From an uncultured Synergistaceae bacterium (GTDB taxonomy: Bacteria > Synergistota > Synergistia > Synergistales > Synergistaceae), in contig CAYVEQ010000001.1 of assembly GCA_964450835.1 (NCBI GenBank), forward strand, positions 3,722-67,721: a stretch of 64,000 nucleotides of DNA, read 5' to 3'. Below, one piece after another: positions 1 through 8,640 of the stretch. The position numbers and the translations under genes are program-made. Position 1 is the first letter of the stretch. Every line of letters starts with the position of its first letter. Under the pieces are notes generated by a model. That model made no database searches. It worked only from the letters and a program-made list of their open reading frames with translations, and was not told where the DNA came from.

Positions 1-1
1 C

Positions 2-709
2 GGCAAGCAGTATCGAGAGCGCAAACCACCACTTGCCGGTTGAAGTGAATAGTTTTATGTTTTCGTTGTAGGCGCTTATCTCGCGATTTATCCGCCGCGC
101 CGTGCGAAGGAGATATTCAGACTTCAAAAGGCCGATTTTGTTTATCCATATGAGGGCAGCGTTGACCCAATGTTTTATCCAGCCGGGGCGTGCTATGCTG
201 ATGACGATGAGGGCAGCGGCGCCGGCTATGAACAGGCCGACGTAGCAGGCGTACCATCGCAGGTATGAGTATCTTTGAAGTATATCCGGGTCCGCTAACA
301 TAGAGAAGGGCACGGCGAGAGCCAGCAGCAAGATCACCTGAAATGTGCGCACAAGCGTTATGGCTACGGATTTTCCGAGCGACACGCCGTTTCTGTAGAG
401 CAGGTATATCTGGAAGGGGCCGCCGCCGCTCTGCATCGGAGTTATGGCGCTGCCGAAATAGTTGATCCATACGACGGCGAGCGTGCAGCGGAGAGAGAGT
501 TTTTCTCCGGCGGCGAGTGCGAGAACTTTGAATTTCAGCGCGTCGAGCAGCCACATAAGGACGACGAAAGCAACCGCGGCGCCAAGCAGAGCGAGGTTGG
601 CGCTGTCAAGCATCGCGAAGGTCGAAGCGTCAATACTGAAAAAAAGGACTCCGGCTATTGAAACGGCGACGATTATCAGAAATATCGAAAAGCTTTTCTT
701 TACGCTCAT
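2..709 (-). CDS. Lysylphosphatidylglycerol-synthase TM / flippase-like membrane protein (UPF0104 family), 3' end runs off the window
   Basis: Not in the ORF track because it has no stop in the window. Translated by hand from ATG at 709 (SD GGAGGA upstream): MSVKKSFSIFLIIVAVSIAGVLFFSID...WINYFGSAITPMQSGGGPFQIYLLYRNG. Open to the window edge, hydrophobic, and the TPxxxGGxP motif is typical of this family. Confidence 0.8.
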   Translation of the reverse strand, partial: MSVKKSFSIFLIIVAVSIAGVLFFSIDASTFAMLDSANLALLGAAVAFVVLMWLLDALKFKVLALAAGEKLSLRCTLAVVWINYFGSAITPMQSGGGPFQIYLLYRNGVSLGKSVAITLVRTFQVILLLALAVPFSMLADPDILQRYSYLRWYACYVGLFIAGAAALIVISIARPGWIKHWVNAALIWINKIGLLKSEYLLRTARRINREISAYNENIKLFTSTGKWWFALSILLA

Positions 710-754
710 TATGTCCTCCAATAGCTACGACGGACGCACATCAACAGCATTTTA

Positions 755-1444
755 TTATTCTAACATAGCTTCGGCGTAAGATATGGAATAAAAATCCTCC
801 GAAATCTGAGGAAGTCCTTCCCGCCACGCAAGAACGGCCGCTTTTGTGCGGTCTGTCAGCTCCAGTTTTTTCAAAATGCGGCTCACGTGGTTTTTTACCG
901 TCTTTTCGGAGAGAATCATTTTTTTCGCGATTTCTTTATTTGTCAGCCCGAGCGCGAGCCAGTAGAGGACTTCACGCTCGCGCGCCGTCAGTCCGCCGAG
1001 CGGGTCGCTGAGACGCGCCACAATCTTTTTTTCGCCTGACGACGCGAGCACTTTGGGGCTTATATAGCGCTCGCCGCGGGCAAGCGAACGCAGAGCCGAT
1101 ATCAGTTCCTCGATTCCCGCGTCCGCTGACATCACGCCTATCGCGGAGCTTTCAAAAGCGAGCGAGAGCAGCTCGCCCGTCGACTCTTTTACTATCAGGA
1201 GCGCACGCATGTTTTTTTTATCACGCCTGCCCTCTCTCAGTATGTGTATGGTCTCGGCATCCGGTATTTCTCTGTGTATCACGACAATGCCCCGCCCGCG
1301 CCCAAAAGCTTCTCGCAGCGCCGAGGCTCCGCCGCCGCGGACCGTCCAGACGATGAAATCACCGGCAGCGCCGAGTGCAACGCGTAGCGCGTCGGTAAAA
1401 AGAGACTCCGCGTCTGCAAGAATTATCTCAATTTTTTTCGTCAC
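755..1444 (-). CDS. NarL/LuxR-family response regulator with an atypical receiver domain
   Basis: C-terminal LuxR HTH (LTAREREVLYWLALGLTNKEIAKKMILSEKTVKNHVSRILKKL); N-terminal receiver-like fold; GTG start with SD GGAGGT. Confidence 0.9.
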   Translation of the reverse strand: MTKKIEIILADAESLFTDALRVALGAAGDFIVWTVRGGGASALREAFGRGRGIVVIHREIPDAETIHILREGRRDKKNMRALLIVKESTGELLSLAFESSAIGVMSADAGIEELISALRSLARGERYISPKVLASSGEKKIVARLSDPLGGLTAREREVLYWLALGLTNKEIAKKMILSEKTVKNHVSRILKKLELTDRTKAAVLAWREGLPQISEDFYSISYAEAMLE

Positions 1445-1504
1445 AGTGCACCTCCGGTAAGTTCTGTGTTAGCATTATATTATATCTGCGAAGAGGGAGC
1501 GGTC

Positions 1505-2263
1505 ATGCTGAAAGATTTTGAGGAACTTTATCCGATCTCAAAAAAAATATCCCGCTTCGTCGGAGAAGCCATAAGGGATTATAGCATGATACGGGCCGGC
1601 GACGGCGTTATGATCGGACTTTCCGGGGGAAAAGACAGCCTGCTTCTTTCGCTCGCCCTCGCTTCGCTGAGAAAACGCAGCCCCGTGAAATTCAGACTGC
1701 GCGCCTGCCTGATAGACCAGTCGGGCGGCTCTATGGAAACAGTTCCGCTGCTCGAATTTATGAACATTCTCGGCATTCCGGTCACGGTCATGAACCACCC
1801 GACCTACAGGATTATGACGGAGCGCGCGGAGCGTTCGCCCTGCAGTCTGTGCGCCAATATGAGGCGGGGGATGCTCGCGAACGCTGCGCGCGCCGGAGAC
1901 TGCGGCGTGCTTGCCCTCGGCCACCATAAGGACGACGCGGCGGAGACTGTGCTGATGAATCTCTTTTACGGCGGGCGCTTCAAATGTTTCCACCCGCATC
2001 TTTATATGAGCAGGACGCGCATTCGCGTCATACGTCCGCTGATTTACGTGGAGGAGCGCAGAATACGCCTCGAAAGCGAGCGGCTTGCGCTGCCAGTTGC
2101 CGCTTCCTGCTGCCCTTTCGGCGGGGGCACGAAACGCGACGAGGCTAAAAAAACGCTCGCGCGTCTGATTGAGGCGACGCCCGAGCTGAAAAGCAATATC
2201 ATCCACGCTTTGAAAAATATGCGCGAAAGGGAGGGATGGCCCAAAGGAATGCTTAATGAATAG
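1505..2263 (+). CDS. ttcA: tRNA 2-thiocytidine biosynthesis protein TtcA family
   Basis: PP-loop SGGKDS, CSLC motif, GHHKDD, IRPL. Start moved from 1466 to the ATG at 1505 behind GAGGGAG. Confidence 0.85.
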   Translation: MLKDFEELYPISKKISRFVGEAIRDYSMIRAGDGVMIGLSGGKDSLLLSLALASLRKRSPVKFRLRACLIDQSGGSMETVPLLEFMNILGIPVTVMNHPTYRIMTERAERSPCSLCANMRRGMLANAARAGDCGVLALGHHKDDAAETVLMNLFYGGRFKCFHPHLYMSRTRIRVIRPLIYVEERRIRLESERLALPVAASCCPFGGGTKRDEAKKTLARLIEATPELKSNIIHALKNMREREGWPKGMLNE

Positions 2264-2341
2264 CCTCTGGCGCGGACATACGGCCTTGCCATCTTTGAGG
2301 CCGCGCATACGCCCGCGCAACGGATTGAGCCGTCCGCGCTG

Positions 2342-3073
2342 TTATACAGTCTTGCCCTCTTTGATGTAATGCCACAGCGTTTCGCGGCGGACTGATATAA
2401 ATTCACCAATGGGCAGTTTTTCCAGTGTGAGATAGCCTATCTTTCTACGCAGCAACCGTCGCACATCGTTGCCGAGAGCGCGAGCCATAAGGCGTATCTC
2501 GCGCTTTATTCCCTCGCCGAGAACAACCTCGAACCAGCACCGCATGGGGTTTCGCGCGAGCCGGCGCACGGACAGGGGTTTAAGAAAAATCTCCCCTTCT
2601 GCGACAACGCCGCGCGTCCATTGTATAAGAGCCGACTCGTCCATCGGGCGGCGGAGCTGCACCTCGTAGGTTTTCGTGAAGCCGCTGCCCGGATGTATCA
2701 GCTCCTGGGAGAAAATTCCGTCGTTCGTAAGGATTATCAGCCCTTCGCTGTCGCGGTCAAGCCTCCCCACGGGAAAGAGACGCAGTCTGTTCATGGAGGG
2801 CGGCAGTATATCAGTGACCGTGCGCCCGCGTGAATCCTCAACTGCCGAGAGGACGCCTTTCGGTTTGTTGAGAATCAGGTAGGTAGGCTCAACCGGGGAG
2901 AGTTCTTTGCCGTCGAGCGCCACAGCGTCCCCGCGCGCGACCCGGCGGGCCGGTTCGAGCACCGTTTCGCCGTTTACACTGACGCGTCCCGCCGTTATAT
3001 ATTCCTCAACCTTGCGCCTCGCACCGGTGCCGCACATGGCAAGATACCTGTTAAGCCGGATTGTTTCACTCAT
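2342..3073 (-). CDS. rluB: 23S rRNA pseudouridine synthase, RluB/RsuA family
   Basis: S4-like N-terminus (RLNRYLAMCG...RRKVEEYI), catalytic GRLDRDSEG motif, typical position after scpAB. Confidence 0.88.
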   Translation of the reverse strand: MSETIRLNRYLAMCGTGARRKVEEYITAGRVSVNGETVLEPARRVARGDAVALDGKELSPVEPTYLILNKPKGVLSAVEDSRGRTVTDILPPSMNRLRLFPVGRLDRDSEGLIILTNDGIFSQELIHPGSGFTKTYEVQLRRPMDESALIQWTRGVVAEGEIFLKPLSVRRLARNPMRCWFEVVLGEGIKREIRLMARALGNDVRRLLRRKIGYLTLEKLPIGEFISVRRETLWHYIKEGKTV

Positions 3074-3701
3074 CGGGATTTATTTCCCCGCGTTCTTTGC
3101 TTTCATCGGCTCCGTCCGACGGTTCGTCCCCATCGTCCTCGTCTTCTACGCGCAGCTCTTCCAGAGTCGGGAGCGCGCTTATGCTCGAAAGACCGAAAAT
3201 TTCAAGGAATTTGCCGGTCGTGCGGTAGCGCCTCATCGATTTTTTGCGGCCGCCGGTTCGCGGTCTGTCTATCAGTCCGTGTTTCAGCAGCGTTTCTACG
3301 ACCCTGTCGCAGCGCACGGAACGGATTTCTTCTATCTCAGACATTGTTATGGGCTGGTTGTAGGCGATTACGGAAAGCGTCTCCAATGCGGCGCGGGAAA
3401 GCCTTATGCGCTGTGTGGAAAGAAAAGAGGCGAAGCTCTCGACAATGTCCGAAAATTCAGGCGCGGAGGCCATCTGCCAGCCTCCCGCGATGTGCAGCAG
3501 CGTTATCCCCCGCCCCTTCCCGTACTGGGCGCGCAGGGTCTTTATCGCGCTCTCGGCCCGTTCGGCCGATATGCCGAGGTGAACCGCCAAGGTTTCGGCG
3601 GGGACAGGCTGAGGCGAAACGAAAAGCAGCGCCTCAATCTGGCACTCGATAAGCCCCGGCGCGGGAATATCGTCAGCAGGCGGCAATTTCAACACCTCCA
3701 A
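3066..3701 (-). CDS. scpB: SMC-Scp complex subunit ScpB
   Basis: IEALLFVS, LSRAALETLSVIAYNQPIT, YRTTGKFLEIFGL motifs. Confidence 0.93.
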   Translation of the reverse strand: MEVLKLPPADDIPAPGLIECQIEALLFVSPQPVPAETLAVHLGISAERAESAIKTLRAQYGKGRGITLLHIAGGWQMASAPEFSDIVESFASFLSTQRIRLSRAALETLSVIAYNQPITMSEIEEIRSVRCDRVVETLLKHGLIDRPRTGGRKKSMRRYRTTGKFLEIFGLSSISALPTLEELRVEDEDDGDEPSDGADESKERGEINPDE

Positions 3702-4467
3702 GCGTCTCCGTCTGAATTATATGCACCATGCCAAGGCGCGAAAGTTCAAGCAGCGCAAGCAGGGTCACAATGAGCGTTTTTCTGTTCCGCTCCGAAAGCA
3801 ACTCGGCGAGCGCAAGCCTGCCGCCGGCCACCGCGCGCATGAGTTCGTCCATGCGCTCCTCAATCTGCCGCTCCTCAGGCACGGCGTCGGGAATTTCCTC
3901 CCAAAGCAGCTGTTCTTCGTCATATCGCGCCGCGGCGCGGCTTTCCTCCATACGCGCCTCTATCTCCCACCATTTGGAAGCCAGCATATCGAGATCGCCT
4001 ATATCGTAATAATAATCGTCCTCCTCATCGGCTACTCTTATGAAAGAGCGTTCGCGCTCCGCCTTGGCGTCGGCGAGCCAGCGCGCGGCGGCTCTGTAAG
4101 GACGGTAACGGCCTATCATAAATTGAAGTTCCTCCTCGGAAATGACGGCCTCCTCCGGGGCCGTTTCTTCCACGGCGGGGGCGCGGTCGGGAAAGAGCGA
4201 ATCCACTTTTCGCAGGAGGAGCCTGCTGGCAAAAGAAAAAAAGTCAGCGAGCTCGTTCAGCGTCGCTCCTTTGACACGCGCAAGAAAATCTATATATTGC
4301 GATACAAGCTCCGTAAGATTCAGCTTCACGGCGTCCATTTCGCGCGACTCGACAAGATGGCAAAGCAGGTCAAGCGGCCCGGCAAAGCTGCCGAGGCGGA
4401 CTTCAAAGGCTGTCGCCGCAGTGTTCTCCGCTTGTGCCGCCTGCTGCGGCGCGCTGTTATCCGCCAA
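3673..4467 (-). CDS. scpA: Segregation and condensation protein ScpA (kleisin)
   Basis: FAGPLDLLCHLV N-terminal motif; C-terminal LLALLELSRLG...Q; adjacent to scpB. Confidence 0.92.
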   Translation of the reverse strand: MADNSAPQQAAQAENTAATAFEVRLGSFAGPLDLLCHLVESREMDAVKLNLTELVSQYIDFLARVKGATLNELADFFSFASRLLLRKVDSLFPDRAPAVEETAPEEAVISEEELQFMIGRYRPYRAAARWLADAKAERERSFIRVADEEDDYYYDIGDLDMLASKWWEIEARMEESRAAARYDEEQLLWEEIPDAVPEERQIEERMDELMRAVAGGRLALAELLSERNRKTLIVTLLALLELSRLGMVHIIQTETLGGVEIAAC

Positions 4468-5239
4468 AATTCTCTCCTTCTCCGCCGCACTCGGCCGTTG
4501 TCACATAAAGCCCCGTCTCTTCGGCGACAATCGCGGCAAGTGCCGGCATCGAAAAACGCTCCATCTCGCCGTGGTCGCAGACAGCAACCGCAAGCCCGGC
4601 ATCTAAGGCTTCTTCCCGGGGGTGATATGTAACGTCCGCCGTTATAAAGCACTGAACGCCACTCGACGCCGCCTCGGGCCACAAATCCATGCAGGCGCCT
4701 CCGCCTATGGCAACGCGCCGTACATCACGCCCCCTGTCGCCGTAAAGAGAAACCGCGCTCAGCTTCCATTTCTCGCGAAGAAACTCGCAAAGCGCGCCCG
4801 GGCTGAGGGCGCGCGGAAGATTTCCGGCTGCGCCGAGTCCCCATGCGCCGTTTCCCGAAGGGACAAGCGGCGCAATGCCGGAAAGGCCGAGTGCGCCGGC
4901 GAGTATAAAGTTCACCCCTTCGGGCGAGGAATCCCAGTTCGTATGAACGGCATAGAGAGCAACTCCCTTCTCTATCGCATCAATGATGGCGCGTCCGGCG
5001 AGGCTTTCGTCGGAAAGAGATTTAATCGGTCTGAAAATAACAGGGTGGTGAGTGACCAGCAGCCCGCAGCCAAGTTCCGCCGCGCGCGCCACCGCTGCGG
5101 GAGTCGCGTCAAGCGCGACGGCTATCCGCTCCGCGTCGGCGGCTGTGCGGCCCGCAAGAAGTCCTGGGTTGTCCCACGGCTCGGCCCAGCTTTTAGGGAT
5201 TCTCTTTTCTATTCTCGCGACAATCTCGGAAATCCGCAT
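4457..5239 (-). CDS. Nif3-like dinuclear metal-centre protein
   Basis: WDNPGL, THHPVIF, HTNWD and DHGEME motifs. Start set at ATG 5239 behind GAGGTG. Confidence 0.9.
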   Translation of the reverse strand: MRISEIVARIEKRIPKSWAEPWDNPGLLAGRTAADAERIAVALDATPAAVARAAELGCGLLVTHHPVIFRPIKSLSDESLAGRAIIDAIEKGVALYAVHTNWDSSPEGVNFILAGALGLSGIAPLVPSGNGAWGLGAAGNLPRALSPGALCEFLREKWKLSAVSLYGDRGRDVRRVAIGGGACMDLWPEAASSGVQCFITADVTYHPREEALDAGLAVAVCDHGEMERFSMPALAAIVAEETGLYVTTAECGGEGENFGG

Positions 5240-5269
5240 TAAGACACCTCGCAAACTGTCCGTAATAAA

Positions 5270-5298
5270 ATTTTATAACGGCGGCGCCGCGCCGTCAA
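5270..5298 (-). promoter_or_regulatory. Sigma70-type promoter of the nif3-scpA-scpB-rluB operon
   Basis: TTGACG-N17-TAAAAT on the minus strand. Confidence 0.7.
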
Positions 5299-5470
5299 AA
5301 ACCAAAAACACCGCGCCATTTAATAAAAAACCGGTAAGATTCACGCCGCGAAGCGCAAACCGCAATCCATGCACACGCGATGTTTCGCTGTCCGTGGCGC
5401 GACCGGCGGCATAGCAGCGGCTTGCGCAGGTACAGTTAAGCCGCGAACGGAGCTATCCTTCGCGGCTTAT

Positions 5471-5817
5471 AAACAGAGCACCCGCTAAGCCGGGTTTTGT
5501 AGGGGGCATGCCCCGCCAGCCATTTATCTGATCCCGCGCTTGCACGCGAGCATAAGCGGTCGCACCCGGGAGTCGGCGGGCCGCCTCATCCTCCCCTATT
5601 CGACCTTGCTCCTGATGGGGTTTGCCTGGCCCGCGGGTTCCCCTCGCGGCCGGTGGGCTCTTACCCCGCCTTTTCATCCTTGCCGCTCGCGCGGCGGTTT
5701 GCTTTTCTGCGGCACTTTCCCTGGGTTCGCACCCGCAGGAATTTCTCCTGCATCACGCCCTGCGGAGCCCGGACTTTCCTCCGGCGGCAGACCGGCGGCT
5801 GGCTCGGATACTCTGCC
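5471..5817 (-). ncRNA. rnpB: RNase P RNA (type A)
   Basis: Minus strand contains GAGGAAAGTCCGGGCTCC, GGGAAAGTGCCGCAGAAA, GGTAAGAGCCCAC, CAAACCCC...GAGCAAG and ACAAAACCCGGCTTA. The ends GGCAGAGTATCC / GGGTGCTCTGTT pair as P1. Confidence 0.96.
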
Positions 5818-5821
5818 GTTT

Positions 5822-5830
5822 ATTATAACA
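5822..5830 (-). promoter_or_regulatory. Extended -10 promoter of rnpB
   Basis: TGTTATAAT 5-6 nt upstream of the predicted RNA 5' end. Confidence 0.7.
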
Positions 5831-6067
5831 TAGCGATCGTGAATCGCTTTTCCGTCGCTCACGCGCACCGCGAAAGCGGCTTCGATCTCTTGCTTCAGGC
5901 TGACCGTGCCTCTCGTGTCTGCCGCGCCCGACGCGCTTGCCTGTCTCACGGCTGTCCGTTTTCTCTTTGCCGCGCTTGCGTCTGGCCGTGATGATGAAAA
6001 ACCCGCCTTGCTGTCTCCCCGCACGGCGGACGGATTCAAACTCCGGCGGCGTTCCCGAGGGTCTGTG

Positions 6068-6104
6068 AAAAAAAACGGCGCCGCCGGATTTCGCGACGGC
6101 GTTT
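6068..6104 (-). terminator. Intrinsic terminator (second of three stacked upstream of rnpB)
   Basis: GCCGTCG-loop-CGGCGGC stem followed by GCCG and T8 on the minus strand. Confidence 0.6.
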
Positions 6105-6222
6105 ATTTCCGTTTGGCGGCGCTGCACGAACTCACTTTCAAGAGCTTTACCGGAACGGGCATTGATACGTTACGTTCTCTCCGGCACAGAAACTGCCGCG
6201 CTTCCCGGGTTCGCGTTTACAG

Positions 6223-6266
6223 AATAAAAAATCGCAGAGAAAGCAGAAACTTTATGCTTTCTCCGC
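6223..6266 (-). terminator. Intrinsic terminator of the accessory operon
   Basis: GCGGAGAAAGCA / TGCTTTCTCTGC 12-bp stem (one G-U) followed by GATTTTTTATT, starting 34 nt after the transporter stop. Confidence 0.75.
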
Positions 6267-6299
6267 AATTACAAATATAAAAGTGTCTTCGTTTCGGAT

Positions 6300-7550
6300 T
6301 TATATCACAATGTTGTAGATGCCGAGGATCGCCATAATCGTCAGCACCGCAAGCGCGATGAATGAAACGGCAAAGAGCTCCACAAAGAGGCGGTTCTGCG
6401 GAAAACGGGTTTCTGCGTCTTTCTGCTGGGCAACGCCTGCCATTATGAGAGCACCTGTGGTAGAGATCGGCGTGAAGCCCACGATCGTTCCGCCGATGAC
6501 AACCATAGCCACCAGCCGGGATCCGTCAACTCCGATGCTTGCGGCAAGACCTCCGGCGACGGGAATCAGCGTCGGGAAGACCACGCCGAGGCCGGAGCTG
6601 AATAAGGACATAACGCCGGAGGCGATGGCCATGATGGGAGCGGCGCTGCCCGGGCCAATGACCTTCTCAAGGGCAGCTACCATAATATCTATGCCGCCGG
6701 AGAGCGAGATGACGTTCATAAGCATCCCAACGCCGAGCACCATGAAAATGACGCCCCAGGGGATGCCCGCGACGGCCTTCTTCTCATTGCCGCAGCCCAG
6801 GGCAACCAGTACAGTGCCGATGAGGAAACCTGTGAGCCCCACATTGAAAGAGAAGAAGAGTACGCCGATTGCCAGAATGACCAGGCCGGCGAGAGAGAGT
6901 AGCTGCTGCCAGGTGAACGGGGGCAGTTTTTCCTTTTCGGCCGAGGCTTCCGCAAGGCGCCAGCCCCTATAGTACAGATAGACCAGCGCGAGTACGATGA
7001 GAGCGGTAATAATCAAGCAGAACATAATGGGGATGGTATCGCCCACCATACCGTGCTCCTCCATCAGATTGCGGACGACGGCCGCCTCCGGAGTCAGCGG
7101 GCTCATGCGTCCGGACATGACGCCGAGGTCTCCGATAATGGCTGTCATAATAGGGTTGATGCCGGCGGAGACAGCCACGGGGATGGCAATAACGGGAATG
7201 ATGGTCAGCGAGGGGATGGCGCCGGGACCGGAGGCCGAGATTGCCATGCCGATGATGTACATCACGAATGGAATGGCTCTTGCCGGGACGAGGTTGACAA
7301 TCTTCTTTGCCATGAGTTCCAGAGTGCCGTTACCGTTGATAATGGCAAAGAGATATGTGACGCCCGCCATCTGAATGAACAGCGAAGTGCCGAAGCCCGC
7401 CACCACTTTCTTGGCTGGAATCACATCCCCGTAGAGCAGCGACAGAATCATCGCGAAGCCTATGCAGAGAATGCCGACGTTGGTGTTGCGGGCAAAGCCG
7501 ATAATGATGGCCGCCAGCAGAAGGATAAGAGAAAGCAGACCCAGGTTCAT
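6300..7550 (-). CDS. Ion-transporter superfamily di/tricarboxylate carrier (MatC/SLC13-like)
   Basis: 416 aa, about 11-12 hydrophobic segments, two-repeat architecture with GRMSPLT and GFTPISTTG re-entrant motifs. Confidence 0.75.
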   Translation of the reverse strand: MNLGLLSLILLLAAIIIGFARNTNVGILCIGFAMILSLLYGDVIPAKKVVAGFGTSLFIQMAGVTYLFAIINGNGTLELMAKKIVNLVPARAIPFVMYIIGMAISASGPGAIPSLTIIPVIAIPVAVSAGINPIMTAIIGDLGVMSGRMSPLTPEAAVVRNLMEEHGMVGDTIPIMFCLIITALIVLALVYLYYRGWRLAEASAEKEKLPPFTWQQLLSLAGLVILAIGVLFFSFNVGLTGFLIGTVLVALGCGNEKKAVAGIPWGVIFMVLGVGMLMNVISLSGGIDIMVAALEKVIGPGSAAPIMAIASGVMSLFSSGLGVVFPTLIPVAGGLAASIGVDGSRLVAMVVIGGTIVGFTPISTTGALIMAGVAQQKDAETRFPQNRLFVELFAVSFIALAVLTIMAILGIYNIVI

Positions 7551-7553
7551 GGT

Positions 7554-8600
7554 TCAGACCTCCTGAAATACGATGCACACGGGGCTACCGGTGCGGACGA
7601 TGTTAAGAGTCGGCGTGAGCTGCCCGGTGACAGAATCAAAGTCAAACTCGATGATTGTGTCGCTGTCCTCGTTCGCCACATAGCACTTGCCGTTCGGAGC
7701 AAAGCAGAAGAAGCGCGGCGTCTTGCCCAGGCATGGGAAGAAACCTGTATTGCGGAGATAGCCGGTAACAGGATCGATACGGTAGGCAGCCAAGCTGTCT
7801 GTGTAGCGGTTGGATACAAGGACATAGCGTCCTGCTGGGTCAACCATGACCTCGCTGGCGTCGGAGTAGCCCGTGACTGTTTCGGGAACAGTGGTCAGCT
7901 CCTGAAGCGCCTCAAACTTGCCTGTCTTGTCGTCAAAGCGGAAGTAGAGGACTTTGTTGCCCTTCTCCTCGCACATATAAAGCCAGCGGTTGTTGGGGTG
8001 CATGGCGGCGTGACGCGGCTCGTCCCATGTCCTTGACAGGAAGCGGTCCGTTTCCGTGAACCGGCCGGTCTCGTGATCGTACTTGAGAGCTCTCATCTGG
8101 CCATAGCCGTTGACGCGGCCCTGAGCGCAGGCGAAGAGATAATTCTTTGTCCGATCCCACAAACACTGGTGGATTGTCGAAACCTTGCCCTCCGATTTCC
8201 CTTCATAGGTGTATGTGGCTACAACCTCTCCCAGGGAGCCGTCTTCGTTACGCGCGATGGTGTAGAGCGTGCCGCCCTGGAGGGTAGCCACGACGATGTT
8301 GCGGTTGGCCTTATCCACAGTGACATCGACGGGGTTGCGGCCGCCTATGTCGACGGTATTCAAATGTTCAAGGGTACGGTCGGGAAGAATCTTGTAGCTG
8401 GACACTTTAGTAAAGTCGCCGTGAACCGAATAGAGATACCTGCCTTCGCGATCCAGAGTCTGATAGGACGGGTTGGCCTCTGTGTAGAGGCACTGCAGCT
8501 CCTTCCACTCTCCGGAGGGCAGGATACGGTAGGTTTTCAGACCCTCGCCCCGGGCATTGCGCTCCTTGGTAGTCCTGCATCCGACATATGCGTACAACAT
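7554..8600 (-). CDS. 7-bladed beta-propeller lactonase (6-phosphogluconolactonase / cycloisomerase family)
   Basis: AYVGCRT, NPSY, GGRNP, EPRHAAMHP and TPRFF motifs; no signal peptide; SD AGGAGG. Confidence 0.85.
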   Translation of the reverse strand: MLYAYVGCRTTKERNARGEGLKTYRILPSGEWKELQCLYTEANPSYQTLDREGRYLYSVHGDFTKVSSYKILPDRTLEHLNTVDIGGRNPVDVTVDKANRNIVVATLQGGTLYTIARNEDGSLGEVVATYTYEGKSEGKVSTIHQCLWDRTKNYLFACAQGRVNGYGQMRALKYDHETGRFTETDRFLSRTWDEPRHAAMHPNNRWLYMCEEKGNKVLYFRFDDKTGKFEALQELTTVPETVTGYSDASEVMVDPAGRYVLVSNRYTDSLAAYRIDPVTGYLRNTGFFPCLGKTPRFFCFAPNGKCYVANEDSDTIIEFDFDSVTGQLTPTLNIVRTGSPVCIVFQEV

Positions 8601-8640
8601 AGTTTTACCTCCTGTTCTCTTCCCGGAATTCCGGGGATTT

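Noticed and set aside
5453-6127. Short ORFs across the rnpB region
   Set aside because: They overlap the RNase P RNA and terminator hairpins, and the translations have no protein-like features.
6121-6290. Possible purine-type riboswitch (GTTTCT...CCGGTAAA words on the minus strand)
   Set aside because: The conserved core order and pairing do not fit, and it lies downstream of an operon rather than in a leader.
8622-8635. 14-bp perfect palindrome CCCGGAATTCCGGG between lysR and the lactonase gene
   Set aside because: A short isolated hairpin without a U-tract; at most an mRNA stability element, with no further support.
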